Shown piece by piece: positions 9,144 through 19,193 of a stretch of DNA of 64,000 nt (positions within the stretch are counted from its first letter, which is position 1; each line of letters opens with the position of its first letter). The notes under the pieces were generated by a model that had not been told where the DNA came from, did no database searches, and saw nothing but the letters and a program-made list of their open reading frames with translations. This DNA is from Candidatus Helarchaeota archaeon (GTDB lineage Archaea; Asgardarchaeota; Lokiarchaeia; Helarchaeales; RDOG01). Both the position numbers and the translations under genes were made by a program. The DNA is taken from NCBI GenBank assembly GCA_029838215.1, contig JALGVI010000012.1:30357-94356 (forward strand), written 5' to 3'.

Positions 9144-10250
9144 ATGTCTTTAGAACAAAAATTTAAAGCTCGAGTCATTAAAGTCAAGGACATCCTTTCT
9201 TGGAAAACCAATAACTACCTGCTTTATTTCAACTATGATAATGAAGCATTCATGAACACGGGGATTCAAGAATCCGGTTCGACACCCTTTGGAGCTTCCA
9301 CGACAACAGGACCTGCAGGAAAAGCCATTCCGGGAAAGATTGGCATGAAACAAGACATCATAGAAGGATTTGCTTTTCTCGGCATGCAATCTGCATTCCT
9401 TGCTACGGCCTCAACCGCTTATCCTGCAGATTTTATCGGAAAAGTCGTCGAAGCATTAAAAACACCAGGAGCCGCTTTCATTCAGGTCTTGGCATCATGC
9501 GACCGCGGATGGCGCCATCCGATTAACATCTCCAATAAGGTGAACAAGCTTGCAGTAGATTCTGGTTTCTGGCCTTTATACACGATTCGCGTTAAAAATG
9601 GGCGTCCCACGTATGCACTGAATAAAAAGATAAATTATGATACGATGGAAGAAAAACTCATTGAATACTTGAACCTCATGGGACGTTTCCGTCACTTGGT
9701 TAAACCTGAATTCAAGGAACAAACAATACCTTTAGTTATTGATGCAGTCAAGGCGCGTGCTGATAATGTCATTAAACTAGTTAATACATTCGGTAATCCA
9801 GAACATCAACTAGAAACATACACCGTGAACTTCAAGGAGATTCCGCCACAAGAGATCTTGAATCCAGGACATGGACTATGTCAGGGCTGTGGGTGCGGCA
9901 TGGCTTTAAATCAATTATCTCTTGCAGCTCATTGGGTCGCAGGAAAAAATATCATCGTGACCAATAACACGTCATGTTCTGAAGTCTCATTCTCGAAAGA
10001 TGATGTTCCTAATTATAAAGTGCCTTGGGTTCACCACTTGTTTGAAACATGTGCCACGACCGGCGATGCCATTGCAACAACATACAGGATCTTAAAAGCA
10101 AAAGGTCTCTACAAAGGAGAAATCCCAAGAGTGATCGCCATTGGTGGAGATGGCTCCACTTATGATATAGGATTTCAATTTCTAAAAGCAGCACTTCATC
10201 GAGCCGGAACATTTGGCATCATGAACCCACTCATCAAGGACATTAGCTGA
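9144..10250 (+). CDS. porB: 2-oxoacid:ferredoxin oxidoreductase beta subunit, circularly permuted
   Basis: The YDNEAFMNTG...QVLASC half precedes the GHGLCQGCG...NNTSC...GDGSTYDIGFQ half, the reverse of the canonical order. Confidence 0.88.
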   Translation: MSLEQKFKARVIKVKDILSWKTNNYLLYFNYDNEAFMNTGIQESGSTPFGASTTTGPAGKAIPGKIGMKQDIIEGFAFLGMQSAFLATASTAYPADFIGKVVEALKTPGAAFIQVLASCDRGWRHPINISNKVNKLAVDSGFWPLYTIRVKNGRPTYALNKKINYDTMEEKLIEYLNLMGRFRHLVKPEFKEQTIPLVIDAVKARADNVIKLVNTFGNPEHQLETYTVNFKEIPPQEILNPGHGLCQGCGCGMALNQLSLAAHWVAGKNIIVTNNTSCSEVSFSKDDVPNYKVPWVHHLFETCATTGDAIATTYRILKAKGLYKGEIPRVIAIGGDGSTYDIGFQFLKAALHRAGTFGIMNPLIKDIS

Positions 10251-10261
10251 AAATCTGTCCA

Positions 10262-10287
10262 TATTTTCATTTTTTTTCCTTTTTCTC
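10262..10287 (+). terminator. Oligo-T tract after porB, probable archaeal intrinsic terminator
   Basis: ttttcattttttttcctttttctc directly after the stop codon. Confidence 0.4.
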
Positions 10288-10671
10288 TTGGTTTTATCAT
10301 TCAATAAACTTAAAATCCTAGATAGTGGCATATTTCTTACTAGTTCAAATCAGATGTTCCGGTTAGGAGGATTGAGACTTTTGCCGTTCGTGAGAAGAGG
10401 TCGAAAAATTAGCGTTGGATCGCATCACCAACATTTACTGTTAGACATGAGCGATAAAAGAAATTGGAAATTTCTACTGAAATTACATGAGCTTGGACAC
10501 ATCATAGTGACTTACTTTGACTACGATGCAAAAAAAGAAATCTTAAAGGATCTTTATCTTTCGGTGACGATTCATGGCGAAACTTATTGGACATCTCAAT
10601 TTAAGAAAAAAGAATTGAAGGAGTTCATTGATTTCCTAAAAGCGAACGAAATAGATCTCATATACATCTAA
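10288..10671 (+). CDS. Hypothetical protein
   Basis: 127-aa ORF; start uncertain; no motif recognised. Confidence 0.55.
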   Translation: MVLSFNKLKILDSGIFLTSSNQMFRLGGLRLLPFVRRGRKISVGSHHQHLLLDMSDKRNWKFLLKLHELGHIIVTYFDYDAKKEILKDLYLSVTIHGETYWTSQFKKKELKEFIDFLKANEIDLIYI

Positions 10672-10686
10672 CAAGGAAGATTTTCA

Positions 10687-11964
10687 ATGAATTTCGGTCA
10701 AGACGAACAAATAAATAAAAAACAAATACTTGATTTTGCCACGAACCTGAGCTTTCCAAGAAGGAATGGCTCCGAAGGGAATCTCAAAGCACGAGAATTG
10801 TTGAAGTCTTGGTTTTCGGATCTCGGTTTCAAGAACATCAATACAGAATCATTCAAATGGAATCCTCGAATTCGGCCATTATATTTTCGTTTTTTTACGG
10901 TCCCTTTAACCATTCTAATGTTCGTGGAAGTCATTACCATTATCGAGTTGATTTTTCTCCTTGTTTTCTCGGGGATTTTTACCATTCAATTAATTTGTGA
11001 GTTCACAACGGGTTGTACCATCATGATCTTGATGATAATCCTGTTTTCATTCGGACATGTTCTCACGAAATTGGCTTTTCTACACCGCGAAAGATATTTT
11101 TCATCGAAATTACGGGATGCCCAGAACATCTCAGTTGAGATTGCGGCAGAGGAAAAGCCGAAATCTAGATTGGTCATCATCGGCGCGCATTATGATAGCA
11201 TAAACACGCGTTTCGGAGATATGACGAACATAATTTTATATTTGGGTAGGTTTGCGGGTGTTTTTTTTGTTTCAATTCTCACGTTAATCTTGCCATTCGT
11301 AACGATGATCCTGCAATTCTTCCAGTTGATGTCCGTTTCCATCATTCTCAACACGATTCTTCTCATTATCGTCTTATATGCCGGATTCTCATTAATGGTG
11401 AGTTTTTTCAACACTCTTCATAATAAAAGTGAAGGGGCCATTGATAATGCATCTGGAGTTGCAGTCGTCCTAGGCTGTGCAGCATGGTTAAAGAAAAACC
11501 CACCAGCAACCGTAGACGTGATTTGTGTCCTATTTGATGTTGAAGAAGAAGGGTTGATCGGTTCGATGCATTTTGCAAGCAATAATTTGAATAAATTCGA
11601 GAAATATGGCATTGAAAAGGTTCACATGATTTGCTTGGATGGTCCTGGCTCGAAAGGAAAGCTTGGATTTTCCGGCTCCTTTGGTTTCCCGATCAAAACT
11701 ACGACAGACCGCGGAATTATCAATGAATTACAGCAAGAGGCCAACAAACTTCGGTACCAAACGAGAAAAATATGGTTTCCTTATGGTGGCTCCGATCACG
11801 TTCCATTTGGCATGTTGAAAATAGACTCCTGCCATTTCTTCTCCACGTCCATCGTCTCGAACACCATATCTGATAAAAAAGAGCTTCTTAATGAGGAAAA
11901 CCTGTTTCGTGCAACTAACATCGTGATCAATTACATTAGAGAACTGGATTCAGGCGAAATTTAG
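10687..11964 (+). CDS. Membrane-embedded M28 family metallopeptidase
   Basis: GAHYDS, GAIDNASG, DVEEEGLIGS, LDG and SDHVPF motifs, interrupted by two TM hairpins. Confidence 0.85.
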   Translation: MNFGQDEQINKKQILDFATNLSFPRRNGSEGNLKARELLKSWFSDLGFKNINTESFKWNPRIRPLYFRFFTVPLTILMFVEVITIIELIFLLVFSGIFTIQLICEFTTGCTIMILMIILFSFGHVLTKLAFLHRERYFSSKLRDAQNISVEIAAEEKPKSRLVIIGAHYDSINTRFGDMTNIILYLGRFAGVFFVSILTLILPFVTMILQFFQLMSVSIILNTILLIIVLYAGFSLMVSFFNTLHNKSEGAIDNASGVAVVLGCAAWLKKNPPATVDVICVLFDVEEEGLIGSMHFASNNLNKFEKYGIEKVHMICLDGPGSKGKLGFSGSFGFPIKTTTDRGIINELQQEANKLRYQTRKIWFPYGGSDHVPFGMLKIDSCHFFSTSIVSNTISDKKELLNEENLFRATNIVINYIRELDSGEI

Positions 11965-12098
11965 CCAATAAACGCGCATTTTAATCAACAAATAAAAAAT
12001 TCGAGAAAAAAAATATATATCATGCAAGGCAAAAGATTTTCTGAAAGATTTTCTGATAATTAAAAAGAAATAGAGTCTAAAAAGTCGGTGAGTTTTTC

Positions 12099-12890
12099 AT
12101 GCCCGTACAAAGTAATGGTTTCATATTTCTGGTTCATTTTCCCATCATGATAGTCGAATTAATAATATCCATAATGTTTTTCGCCCTTTCTTTCATAATC
12201 CTTAATAAATGGAGAGAAAGGAGAACGGTAGCGACGCTTTATTTGTCTCTCGCACTATTCGCGTTGTCGGCTGCAATTTTTATTGCTTTTACAGGATTAG
12301 CAAGTTGGTATTTTACGTGGGTATTGGCTCTTTATTCATACGTGCCGAGCACGATTTATTATCGGATGAGCCTTCCTCTCGGTTACACGTTAGTCATCGT
12401 CTATGATGCATTTCTATTCCTATTTACCATCCAAATTTTCCTTGGTGGGAGGCAAAAGCTTGCCATTCCTGTCTTGATTATTGGGGTTCTTTTAATCATG
12501 CTACTTTTCCTGCCAAATAACTATTACGGTGTTGAACGGCTCCCTACAGATCCGCCATCGATCCGCACCATCGTTCAAGGTTTATACTTGCTCTACAACG
12601 TTGCGATTTTCGGTATCTTGGGTTTAAAATCATATAAAGCATCCAGAGATGCTGGAGAGAAAGTAAGTCGCGTGGGTTTCCAAACCATTGCAATGAGCCA
12701 GGTGATAAACATATCGATTTTTGTATTTTTCCTGATGGATGCCATCGTGATCCTCTTGATTCCCTTTAGTCCGGGATATTCCTTTTTCATTTATCTCGCT
12801 TGGATTTTCGCCTTTATTGCAGGATTTTTCGTATATTTAGGCTATATCCTTCCTCCGTGGTTTAGAAAATTGATCTCGAAAGAATCTTGA
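12099..12890 (+). CDS. Multi-TM (about 7 TM) membrane protein, HisKA_7TM-like without a kinase domain
   Basis: Seven hydrophobic segments, no soluble domain. Confidence 0.65.
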   Translation: MPVQSNGFIFLVHFPIMIVELIISIMFFALSFIILNKWRERRTVATLYLSLALFALSAAIFIAFTGLASWYFTWVLALYSYVPSTIYYRMSLPLGYTLVIVYDAFLFLFTIQIFLGGRQKLAIPVLIIGVLLIMLLFLPNNYYGVERLPTDPPSIRTIVQGLYLLYNVAIFGILGLKSYKASRDAGEKVSRVGFQTIAMSQVINISIFVFFLMDAIVILLIPFSPGYSFFIYLAWIFAFIAGFFVYLGYILPPWFRKLISKES

Positions 12891-12955
12891 AGAATGAACT
12901 GAAAAGAATGATTTCTTAGTCAGTATATTTTTATACTATAGAATACTAGTAAATC

Positions 12956-13246
12956 ATGATGTCCGTTGTCAAGATAACAAAAAAGAAAAATTTAGAGAAA
13001 TTGCTTGCAAGGATAACTCTGCGTCTTGGACGAAAGCCAACGCAACAAGAAGTGTTAGATTATTGCGTGGAATTGGGCGAGGAACATATTGAGGAGCTCA
13101 TTCAAAAAATTAGTCCGGGTCCAATCCTTGACGATGAAAAGATTGACAGGATTGTAAATTTAAGAAAAGAATTGGCGAAACTGGAGTGGCAAAAGCCAAA
13201 CAGTGAAGAATTTCTGAGTGAAGATGATGCTGATTTATACTATTAA
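12956..13246 (+). CDS. Putative VapB-type antitoxin
   Basis: Small protein with an acidic C-terminus, 5 bp upstream of a PIN toxin. Confidence 0.7.
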   Translation: MMSVVKITKKKNLEKLLARITLRLGRKPTQQEVLDYCVELGEEHIEELIQKISPGPILDDEKIDRIVNLRKELAKLEWQKPNSEEFLSEDDADLYY

Positions 13247-13251
13247 AGTGA

Positions 13252-13683
13252 ATGACCATGGGAATCTTTTTGGACACAGGATTTTATATTGGGTTGGTCG
13301 ATCCCAAGGACAAGCATTATCATCGGAGCTTGGAGCTGTTACATGAGTTAAAATCAGGAGAATACGGACAAATTTATACATCAACCCTTGTCATGGGAGA
13401 AACAGCGACTTTAGTTGGAATTCGAACAAATCGACACCCTAAGGCAATGAACTCAATTCGAAATCTCTTTTCAGGATCCGAGAAGCTTGCTATTATCTTA
13501 AGGTTTGGAGATGACCTTGAAGAAGACACGTGGAAATTATTTCACAGGATAAATACAACCAAAAAATCAAAATTCGTGAGCTTTGTAGATTGTGCAAACA
13601 TAGTAACTTGCAAACGATATTCAATTGAAAATATAATAGCTTTTGACGAGCATTTTGATGGTTGGTTGACAAGAATTCATTAA
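13252..13683 (+). CDS. vapC: VapC/PIN-domain toxin
   Basis: IFLDTGFYIG, VMGET, SFVDC, IAFDEHF PIN motifs. Confidence 0.9.
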   Translation: MTMGIFLDTGFYIGLVDPKDKHYHRSLELLHELKSGEYGQIYTSTLVMGETATLVGIRTNRHPKAMNSIRNLFSGSEKLAIILRFGDDLEEDTWKLFHRINTTKKSKFVSFVDCANIVTCKRYSIENIIAFDEHFDGWLTRIH

Positions 13684-13830
13684 ACGTGGTTAATTTTACG
13701 AAGATTGTGTGCGATTTCATCGATTACTTCTTTTTTTTTGATGCAAGTATTTGTAGAAAACTATTTGAAGAACGTATCATATTTAAACTAAAATGAAAAT
13801 TAAATGAATTTTACAAGGAAATCTTTGAAA

Positions 13831-14403
13831 ATGAGTTCAATCAAGGACCGCATTGGAAAAATCGTATTGCCCGGTGAAAAAATCGGGGTGATCGAGCAAT
13901 TTCTTCCGGGTGAAGGCACGTATGAAGAAGATGGAATAATATACGCTAGTTTAATCGGATCTCTCAAATTAAATAAACGAGAGCGTGTTGTAAGCGTTGA
14001 GCCCGAAAAGGATACACCACTTCCAAGGGATGGGGATGTCGTTATTGGTCGCGTGGATACGCTGAAAAAACAATCCGTGGTGGTGTATGTAAACGATGCT
14101 CGGAGCTTGCAACCGCGAGCTAATTATGAAGCATCCATACACGTGTCAAATGTTTCCAGGGATTACATTGAGAATATATCTGATGCTTTTAAACCGTACG
14201 ATCTAGTGCGTTGTCGGCTAATACGAACGGATAGCTTTCCATTTCAGGCCGTCACCGATGAAAAAAATCTAGGCGTCATCCTCGCATTTTGTAGCATTTG
14301 TGGTGAAAAACTGGCATGGAAAGGCAATCGTCTCGTCTGTTCAAATTGTAGAAATATTGAACAAAGAAAAGTCGCAAGCGATTACGGAAGGATGCAATTA
14401 TAA
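13831..14403 (+). CDS. csl4: Exosome complex RNA-binding protein Csl4
   Basis: VLPGEKIG...EEDG N-terminus, S1 domain, C-terminal CSICG...CSNC...EQRKVA Zn ribbon. Confidence 0.92.
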   Translation: MSSIKDRIGKIVLPGEKIGVIEQFLPGEGTYEEDGIIYASLIGSLKLNKRERVVSVEPEKDTPLPRDGDVVIGRVDTLKKQSVVVYVNDARSLQPRANYEASIHVSNVSRDYIENISDAFKPYDLVRCRLIRTDSFPFQAVTDEKNLGVILAFCSICGEKLAWKGNRLVCSNCRNIEQRKVASDYGRMQL

Positions 14404-14439
14404 GGAAAAATACGGCTTACGGGATTTTGCAATTTGGAT

Positions 14440-15798
14440 TCACCCAATAAGGCGTCCTGTAAAAATGTTATTTTTGGTTCGCTCGATTTTAATGCGCACC
14501 GTGGAACCGACCTTCTTTTTTCCGTCAATGATCTGAATTATTCGATTTCGGGCAACTGCAAGTATTTCTCCTTTGATTCGACCGAGAGCTTTTATTTCTG
14601 CCATGACGACTTCACCTTTTCGAAAAGGTTTGGGCAATTCCTTGCGTTTTACCATGTTAAAATCTCTTTTCTTATCAAGGATTAGGCTTGAAATTGCGTG
14701 TTTTTGTTCCAATTCGTGCAAGAAATCGTGAAATTCTTCCCACGACCATGGCTTGATTCCTTTAACTTTACGTGAAAGAGGATAGATGAGATAATTTTGG
14801 ATACCAAGAGGTGCTTTATAGAAACGTCCTAGCCCCATTTTTTTTAAATATTGGATGATTTCATTCATATCATCCACGTTCACCCTCGGAACCACGATAG
14901 GAGAAACATGAAGCTTAATCTTCGTTCTTAAGATGATATCAATTAATTTTTTCACGTGTTCGATGTCGTAGTTGGAAGTTCCAGCTAATGCTCGTGCCTT
15001 TCTGGGATTTAAACAATTCAAACTCAAATTTATTCGTGTCAAACCTGCTTTTTCGAGAGCCAGCACGCCATCTTCATCAAGAAGGATGCCATTTGTCTGC
15101 AATGAAATTTCTTCAATACCTTCAATCGAGTTTAATCGCGTGATTAATTCCGCCAAATAAGGATATGTTGTTGGTTCTCCTTGTCCTGAAAGGTGAATTT
15201 CTAAACCACGTGGTCCAAGAAACTCAACGATTTTTTGAACCTCTTGGAATAAATAATCCGGATCAACCAAATAGTCCATCTGTCTTGATTTAGAATTCTT
15301 TCCCTCATCAACTGAACAAAAAATGCATTGTAGTGGACAACCCGAAATGGGACGGACTTCAATCACGTTTGTACCTCTGACAATAATACCAAAAGCCGTG
15401 TGACCAATGAGCGGGATGCCCGACTTCTCATGAATGTACATCATTGGACGACCCGTATGCGCATTCCACATTCTAGCATTCATTAGCTCTGAAAGAAACC
15501 TCTTAAAAACGGAAATTATCTCTTCTTCACGGAACACCGAGCCTGCAAGGTCAAATTTTAGAAAAAAATCATCGTTTCGCATCTCAACATCAAAGTTAAT
15601 TTTTCCGTGACCGAGTTCCTTCTTTAACCTTCGTAGAAAATATCTTTTATCGACCTCAGTCTCCATTACGTCTTTATATGTAAATCTTATCGTTTCGTCT
15701 AACGAAGCCGTGATTGGCATTGCTTTGGACAGGTTAATCTCGGTCTCATCATTTTGATCTTGAGTTGATTTTTCAGGTTCTGGCATTTTTCTTTCCAA
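14440..15798 (-). CDS. Radical SAM protein with C-terminal TRAM domain (COG2100-like)
   Basis: GCPLQCIFC, GQGEP, LQTNG motifs; C-terminal TRAM-like beta domain. Confidence 0.88.
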   Translation of the reverse strand: MERKMPEPEKSTQDQNDETEINLSKAMPITASLDETIRFTYKDVMETEVDKRYFLRRLKKELGHGKINFDVEMRNDDFFLKFDLAGSVFREEEIISVFKRFLSELMNARMWNAHTGRPMMYIHEKSGIPLIGHTAFGIIVRGTNVIEVRPISGCPLQCIFCSVDEGKNSKSRQMDYLVDPDYLFQEVQKIVEFLGPRGLEIHLSGQGEPTTYPYLAELITRLNSIEGIEEISLQTNGILLDEDGVLALEKAGLTRINLSLNCLNPRKARALAGTSNYDIEHVKKLIDIILRTKIKLHVSPIVVPRVNVDDMNEIIQYLKKMGLGRFYKAPLGIQNYLIYPLSRKVKGIKPWSWEEFHDFLHELEQKHAISSLILDKKRDFNMVKRKELPKPFRKGEVVMAEIKALGRIKGEILAVARNRIIQIIDGKKKVGSTVRIKIERTKNNIFTGRLIG

Positions 15799-15907
15799 AA
15801 AATGAATCTTGTTTAATCATTCATCGCGAATTCTGCGACTTACAAGTAAATCTCGAATTTCATGTAGAAAAAACTACTCATCGGTTTTGAAAACACGACA
15901 ATTGACA

Positions 15908-16327
15908 TCAGGAATGCAATTCTAATAAATTGGAATTCGTCAAGATCCAAATTACTTGCGAAAATAATAATGTCTTTAGCCAGTTCACGCGGATGTTGTG
16001 GACTTCTAGGTTCTTTTTGATGATTTCACCAAATAAAGATCTTTTTCCGTCCAAGATATCAATCCAGATGTCCTTTGGACCGATTATGGTGAAATCGGAC
16101 GCTGCCGAATAGCCTCTAAAAAATTTTTGGACATCCTTTGTAATGAATAATGAGAATTCTTCATTTTTAGTCCCGTTTATGACCTTGATATTAAGCAGGA
16201 ATAAGAAGCTTGTAAGGGCTTTAGGGAGAGTTTCGAGCAATCGCAAGTTCTGTGTTTTCTTGATGATGTTATAGAAACGTTTTAATTTTTTATTCAGGAG
16301 CATGAGACGCTCTTCGATCTCACTCAA
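15908..16327 (-). CDS. Possible SCP2 sterol-carrier-like domain protein
   Basis: SDFTIIGPKDIWIDILDGKRSLFGEIIKKNLEV resembles the SCP2 C-terminal half. Confidence 0.45.
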   Translation of the reverse strand: MSEIEERLMLLNKKLKRFYNIIKKTQNLRLLETLPKALTSFLFLLNIKVINGTKNEEFSLFITKDVQKFFRGYSAASDFTIIGPKDIWIDILDGKRSLFGEIIKKNLEVHNIRVNWLKTLLFSQVIWILTNSNLLELHS

Positions 16328-16425
16328 TTCATTTCCCTACAAGTTTTTTTATAGTCCTTTATGGAACAAGATGAAATTCAATCGCCTAGACTTTATTATC
16401 TGAAACATAAATTTAAAATATCTGA

Positions 16426-17508
16426 TCAAATTGAGAATCGTAATAATGCTGCAATGCCACCCAATTTTTCGAGTTGTTCTCCTGCAGGATGGTGAACGCT
16501 GATGAATACAGGTTGTCCTCCACTTTTTTCTACGTTTATTATTAAACTTTCAATTCTTCTTCGATCTTCATCAGTACCTTTTCGAAATCGAGTATCGGTC
16601 AACAATATTTTATCCACAGCACCATAGTTAATGGCTCGCTCGACATCAGCAAGTCCATAAGTCACGTCATTTTTTTCCTTGCTAATTCGTTTTATTACTT
16701 CTTCCATTAGAGCATTTTCTTGCCCTATCCTGAAATTGTCCACGAGTTTTGATACCTTTCCTTTTTTAATGATTTCATATATTGCAGACTTCGTGCCACT
16801 TGAGGCATCTTCCAATTTCACGATTCCAGCAATTTTGGGCGAATTCTTTTTGAGAAACGTTAAGAAATGTTCTTTCACGCTTCCAGGTCCACCGAGAATT
16901 ATTATCTTGATATCTTCTCGAGAAACGTGTTCATCCATAACTTGAAGCACGTTCTTGAAAAAGTCTTGAAGGGCCTTGTCGTGATATGATACATTATACC
17001 GTTTTCCCGGAATATTTTCCGTGATTTTTGCAACTACATTTATTCCCGTGTCGCTAACCGTTGCAATGCAAGATTCTCCTTTATCCATCGTAATAATTAG
17101 GAATTCAGGTGTCTCAGATGATTTTAATGCACGATCAAGTCTTCGTAAAAAATAAGGCGTCCATTCTTTTTTTACGATGGTTATTTCTGAAAGAGGTTGG
17201 AGGTTAAACGTGTGATGATCATGGAGAGAAACTAAATCTTCAGGTCCGAAAATGATTTTTCCCGTCACGCGAAGCCTTGTTGTAAAAGGATGGAACTCAA
17301 ATTTCTCAACTTCTATTCCTAAAAAGACTTTTACACGTTCACCACTATCGGCACGTTCTCTTTCATTTTCTTTTCGAATCCTGCGAACTGTTTTACCATA
17401 GATGCGGTCAGAAGGCATTAAGATATTGTACACGTGCCATAAGTCATCAATGTTTTCAAGCTGTACCTTGATCTCTTTCTTTTTCAGGTCTTGTTCAAGA
17501 ATTTTCAT
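16426..17508 (-). CDS. pelA: Pelota/aDom34 ribosome rescue factor
   Basis: DDLWHVYNIL, RLRVTG, HHT, HPAGEQLEKLGGIAALLRF. Confidence 0.95.
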   Translation of the reverse strand: MKILEQDLKKKEIKVQLENIDDLWHVYNILMPSDRIYGKTVRRIRKENERERADSGERVKVFLGIEVEKFEFHPFTTRLRVTGKIIFGPEDLVSLHDHHTFNLQPLSEITIVKKEWTPYFLRRLDRALKSSETPEFLIITMDKGESCIATVSDTGINVVAKITENIPGKRYNVSYHDKALQDFFKNVLQVMDEHVSREDIKIIILGGPGSVKEHFLTFLKKNSPKIAGIVKLEDASSGTKSAIYEIIKKGKVSKLVDNFRIGQENALMEEVIKRISKEKNDVTYGLADVERAINYGAVDKILLTDTRFRKGTDEDRRRIESLIINVEKSGGQPVFISVHHPAGEQLEKLGGIAALLRFSI

Positions 17509-17598
17509 GTTATTGCCTTCATTCCAAAAAAAATGATGTTTTCTGAAGATATTTTTCCGTGATTTTATTTCAGCTATTGAATTTCAAATTTTTAAATC

Positions 17599-18090
17599 AT
17601 GATACAAGATCGATCCTTGATAAAAGATTTCGTGATCATCGTGAAAATAGATAAACAAGTTCAAATCAGGCGAGCAGTTGAAGCCGATTTATCCAAAATG
17701 CATGACATAGAAGTTAAGTCTTTCTCACATCCTTATGGCAAGGACTTTTTTCGTTATCTTTGGAAGCAAAAGACGACCCGATTTTTCGTGGCAGTATCAG
17801 ATGGGGAAGTCATTGGATATATTATTGGGTTAAGGCGTGATGAAAGAGTGGGACACGTGGTTTCTATCGCAGTTACTCCCGGTCAACAGGGCAAGGGTAT
17901 TGGAAAAAGCTTGCTGAATCGAGTGGTAGAAGACCTCGGTTCCGAAGAGATTTGGCTTGAAGTTAGCACTGAGAATGAAAAAGCACGTAATTTTTATGAA
18001 ACGATGGGGTTCAGATTTAAGGAACATCTTCCACGTTACTATCAAAGTGGCGAAGATGCCATTCGAATGGTCCTATTTATTGCCAAATAA
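17599..18090 (+). CDS. rimI: RimI/Ard1-like N-acetyltransferase
   Basis: GHVVSIAV, QGKGIG, LEVSTENEKA, YYQSGEDA GNAT motifs. Confidence 0.9.
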   Translation: MIQDRSLIKDFVIIVKIDKQVQIRRAVEADLSKMHDIEVKSFSHPYGKDFFRYLWKQKTTRFFVAVSDGEVIGYIIGLRRDERVGHVVSIAVTPGQQGKGIGKSLLNRVVEDLGSEEIWLEVSTENEKARNFYETMGFRFKEHLPRYYQSGEDAIRMVLFIAK

Positions 18091-18113
18091 AAAAGGAGTT
18101 CATTTTCAAAAAT

Positions 18114-18893
18114 TTAGTTGATCAAGTCAAATAATTGATTTATTATAGTAGTATCAACTTTTGGGTATTTCTTTTGAAATTCTTCAAAAAGCATCTCTGC
18201 TTCTTCTTTGAACTCCACGTATTTCGATCGGTGAGTCTCAGCAAAACGACCCCTTGAAGTCTCGTAATAGAATTGAGCTTGAAAAATCTTGTTTCTAATC
18301 TTTAAAAGTTCCATTTCGATTTGTGACCGAACTTCAAATAGACCAATTGCATACGTGATGTATTCACCAACCCGATTTGAAACTTGGATCAAGCGGGTGA
18401 ATGCCTTATTGAGATATGGGGCAAATTTCTTTTTTACATCTTCAATGGGCATTGTTTCATAATACAAGCTCAGCTCATAATTCGTAAAATCTTCACCAAT
18501 GGTCTCCACGTCAAACTCATCATCAGGACCTTGCTTGCGTAAAACATCTGGCAATACTAAATGCTTTATTTGCAGGTAGACGTCTTCTAAGATACGAGCA
18601 TAATCTTCATTTGAAAACCGGTTTTCAATATTTTTCGCCATGTATTGAATTGACCGCTCGATTATGGTTGGAGTATGTTGAAAAGTTACCGAGAATTTAA
18701 TTCTCTTTCTTTTCACGTCTAAATGAACAATGGCAGAGATTCGTTCACCTTTTTTATATAGAACTCTGACCGTGAATGGGTCTATTTCCTCAACCAGTCC
18801 TTGAGCTTCTTTTTCCGTTAATTCCTCCTGAATTACGGATTCAATGGTCGGTTCTTCTTCTTCCCAGATATCATCTAAATCCATGGAGGTCAC
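18114..18893 (-). CDS. Hypothetical protein with acidic N-terminus
   Basis: 259-aa ORF with coding-like composition. Confidence 0.7.
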   Translation of the reverse strand: MTSMDLDDIWEEEEPTIESVIQEELTEKEAQGLVEEIDPFTVRVLYKKGERISAIVHLDVKRKRIKFSVTFQHTPTIIERSIQYMAKNIENRFSNEDYARILEDVYLQIKHLVLPDVLRKQGPDDEFDVETIGEDFTNYELSLYYETMPIEDVKKKFAPYLNKAFTRLIQVSNRVGEYITYAIGLFEVRSQIEMELLKIRNKIFQAQFYYETSRGRFAETHRSKYVEFKEEAEMLFEEFQKKYPKVDTTIINQLFDLIN

Positions 18894-19193
18894 GATAAAA
18901 ATTCAATTAATTTTAATGCTTTGTTTATTCTCCGCAAGTCATAATTTAAACTTAATTGAAAGCATGAGTCAAGTTCATTCCTATAATGAGCATGGCTTTC
19001 TGGATGCGATTTTTTCCATTATAAGTCAATTCTAGCGGCAAGATGCTGTCTAGTATTAACGATTTTCAATAAAAGACTTTAAATACCTGTTATTCATTGA
19101 AACAATCGAATGAGAGTTGATGCAGGTCAAAACTCGAGTTTACAAGCTCATTTCTCGCTGAATTCGACTTGAGCTATTATTACACGATTTAAA

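Noticed and set aside
12956-13683. vapBC pair as a mobile element
   Set aside because: No flanking direct or inverted repeats were found; it is an ordinary type II TA pair.
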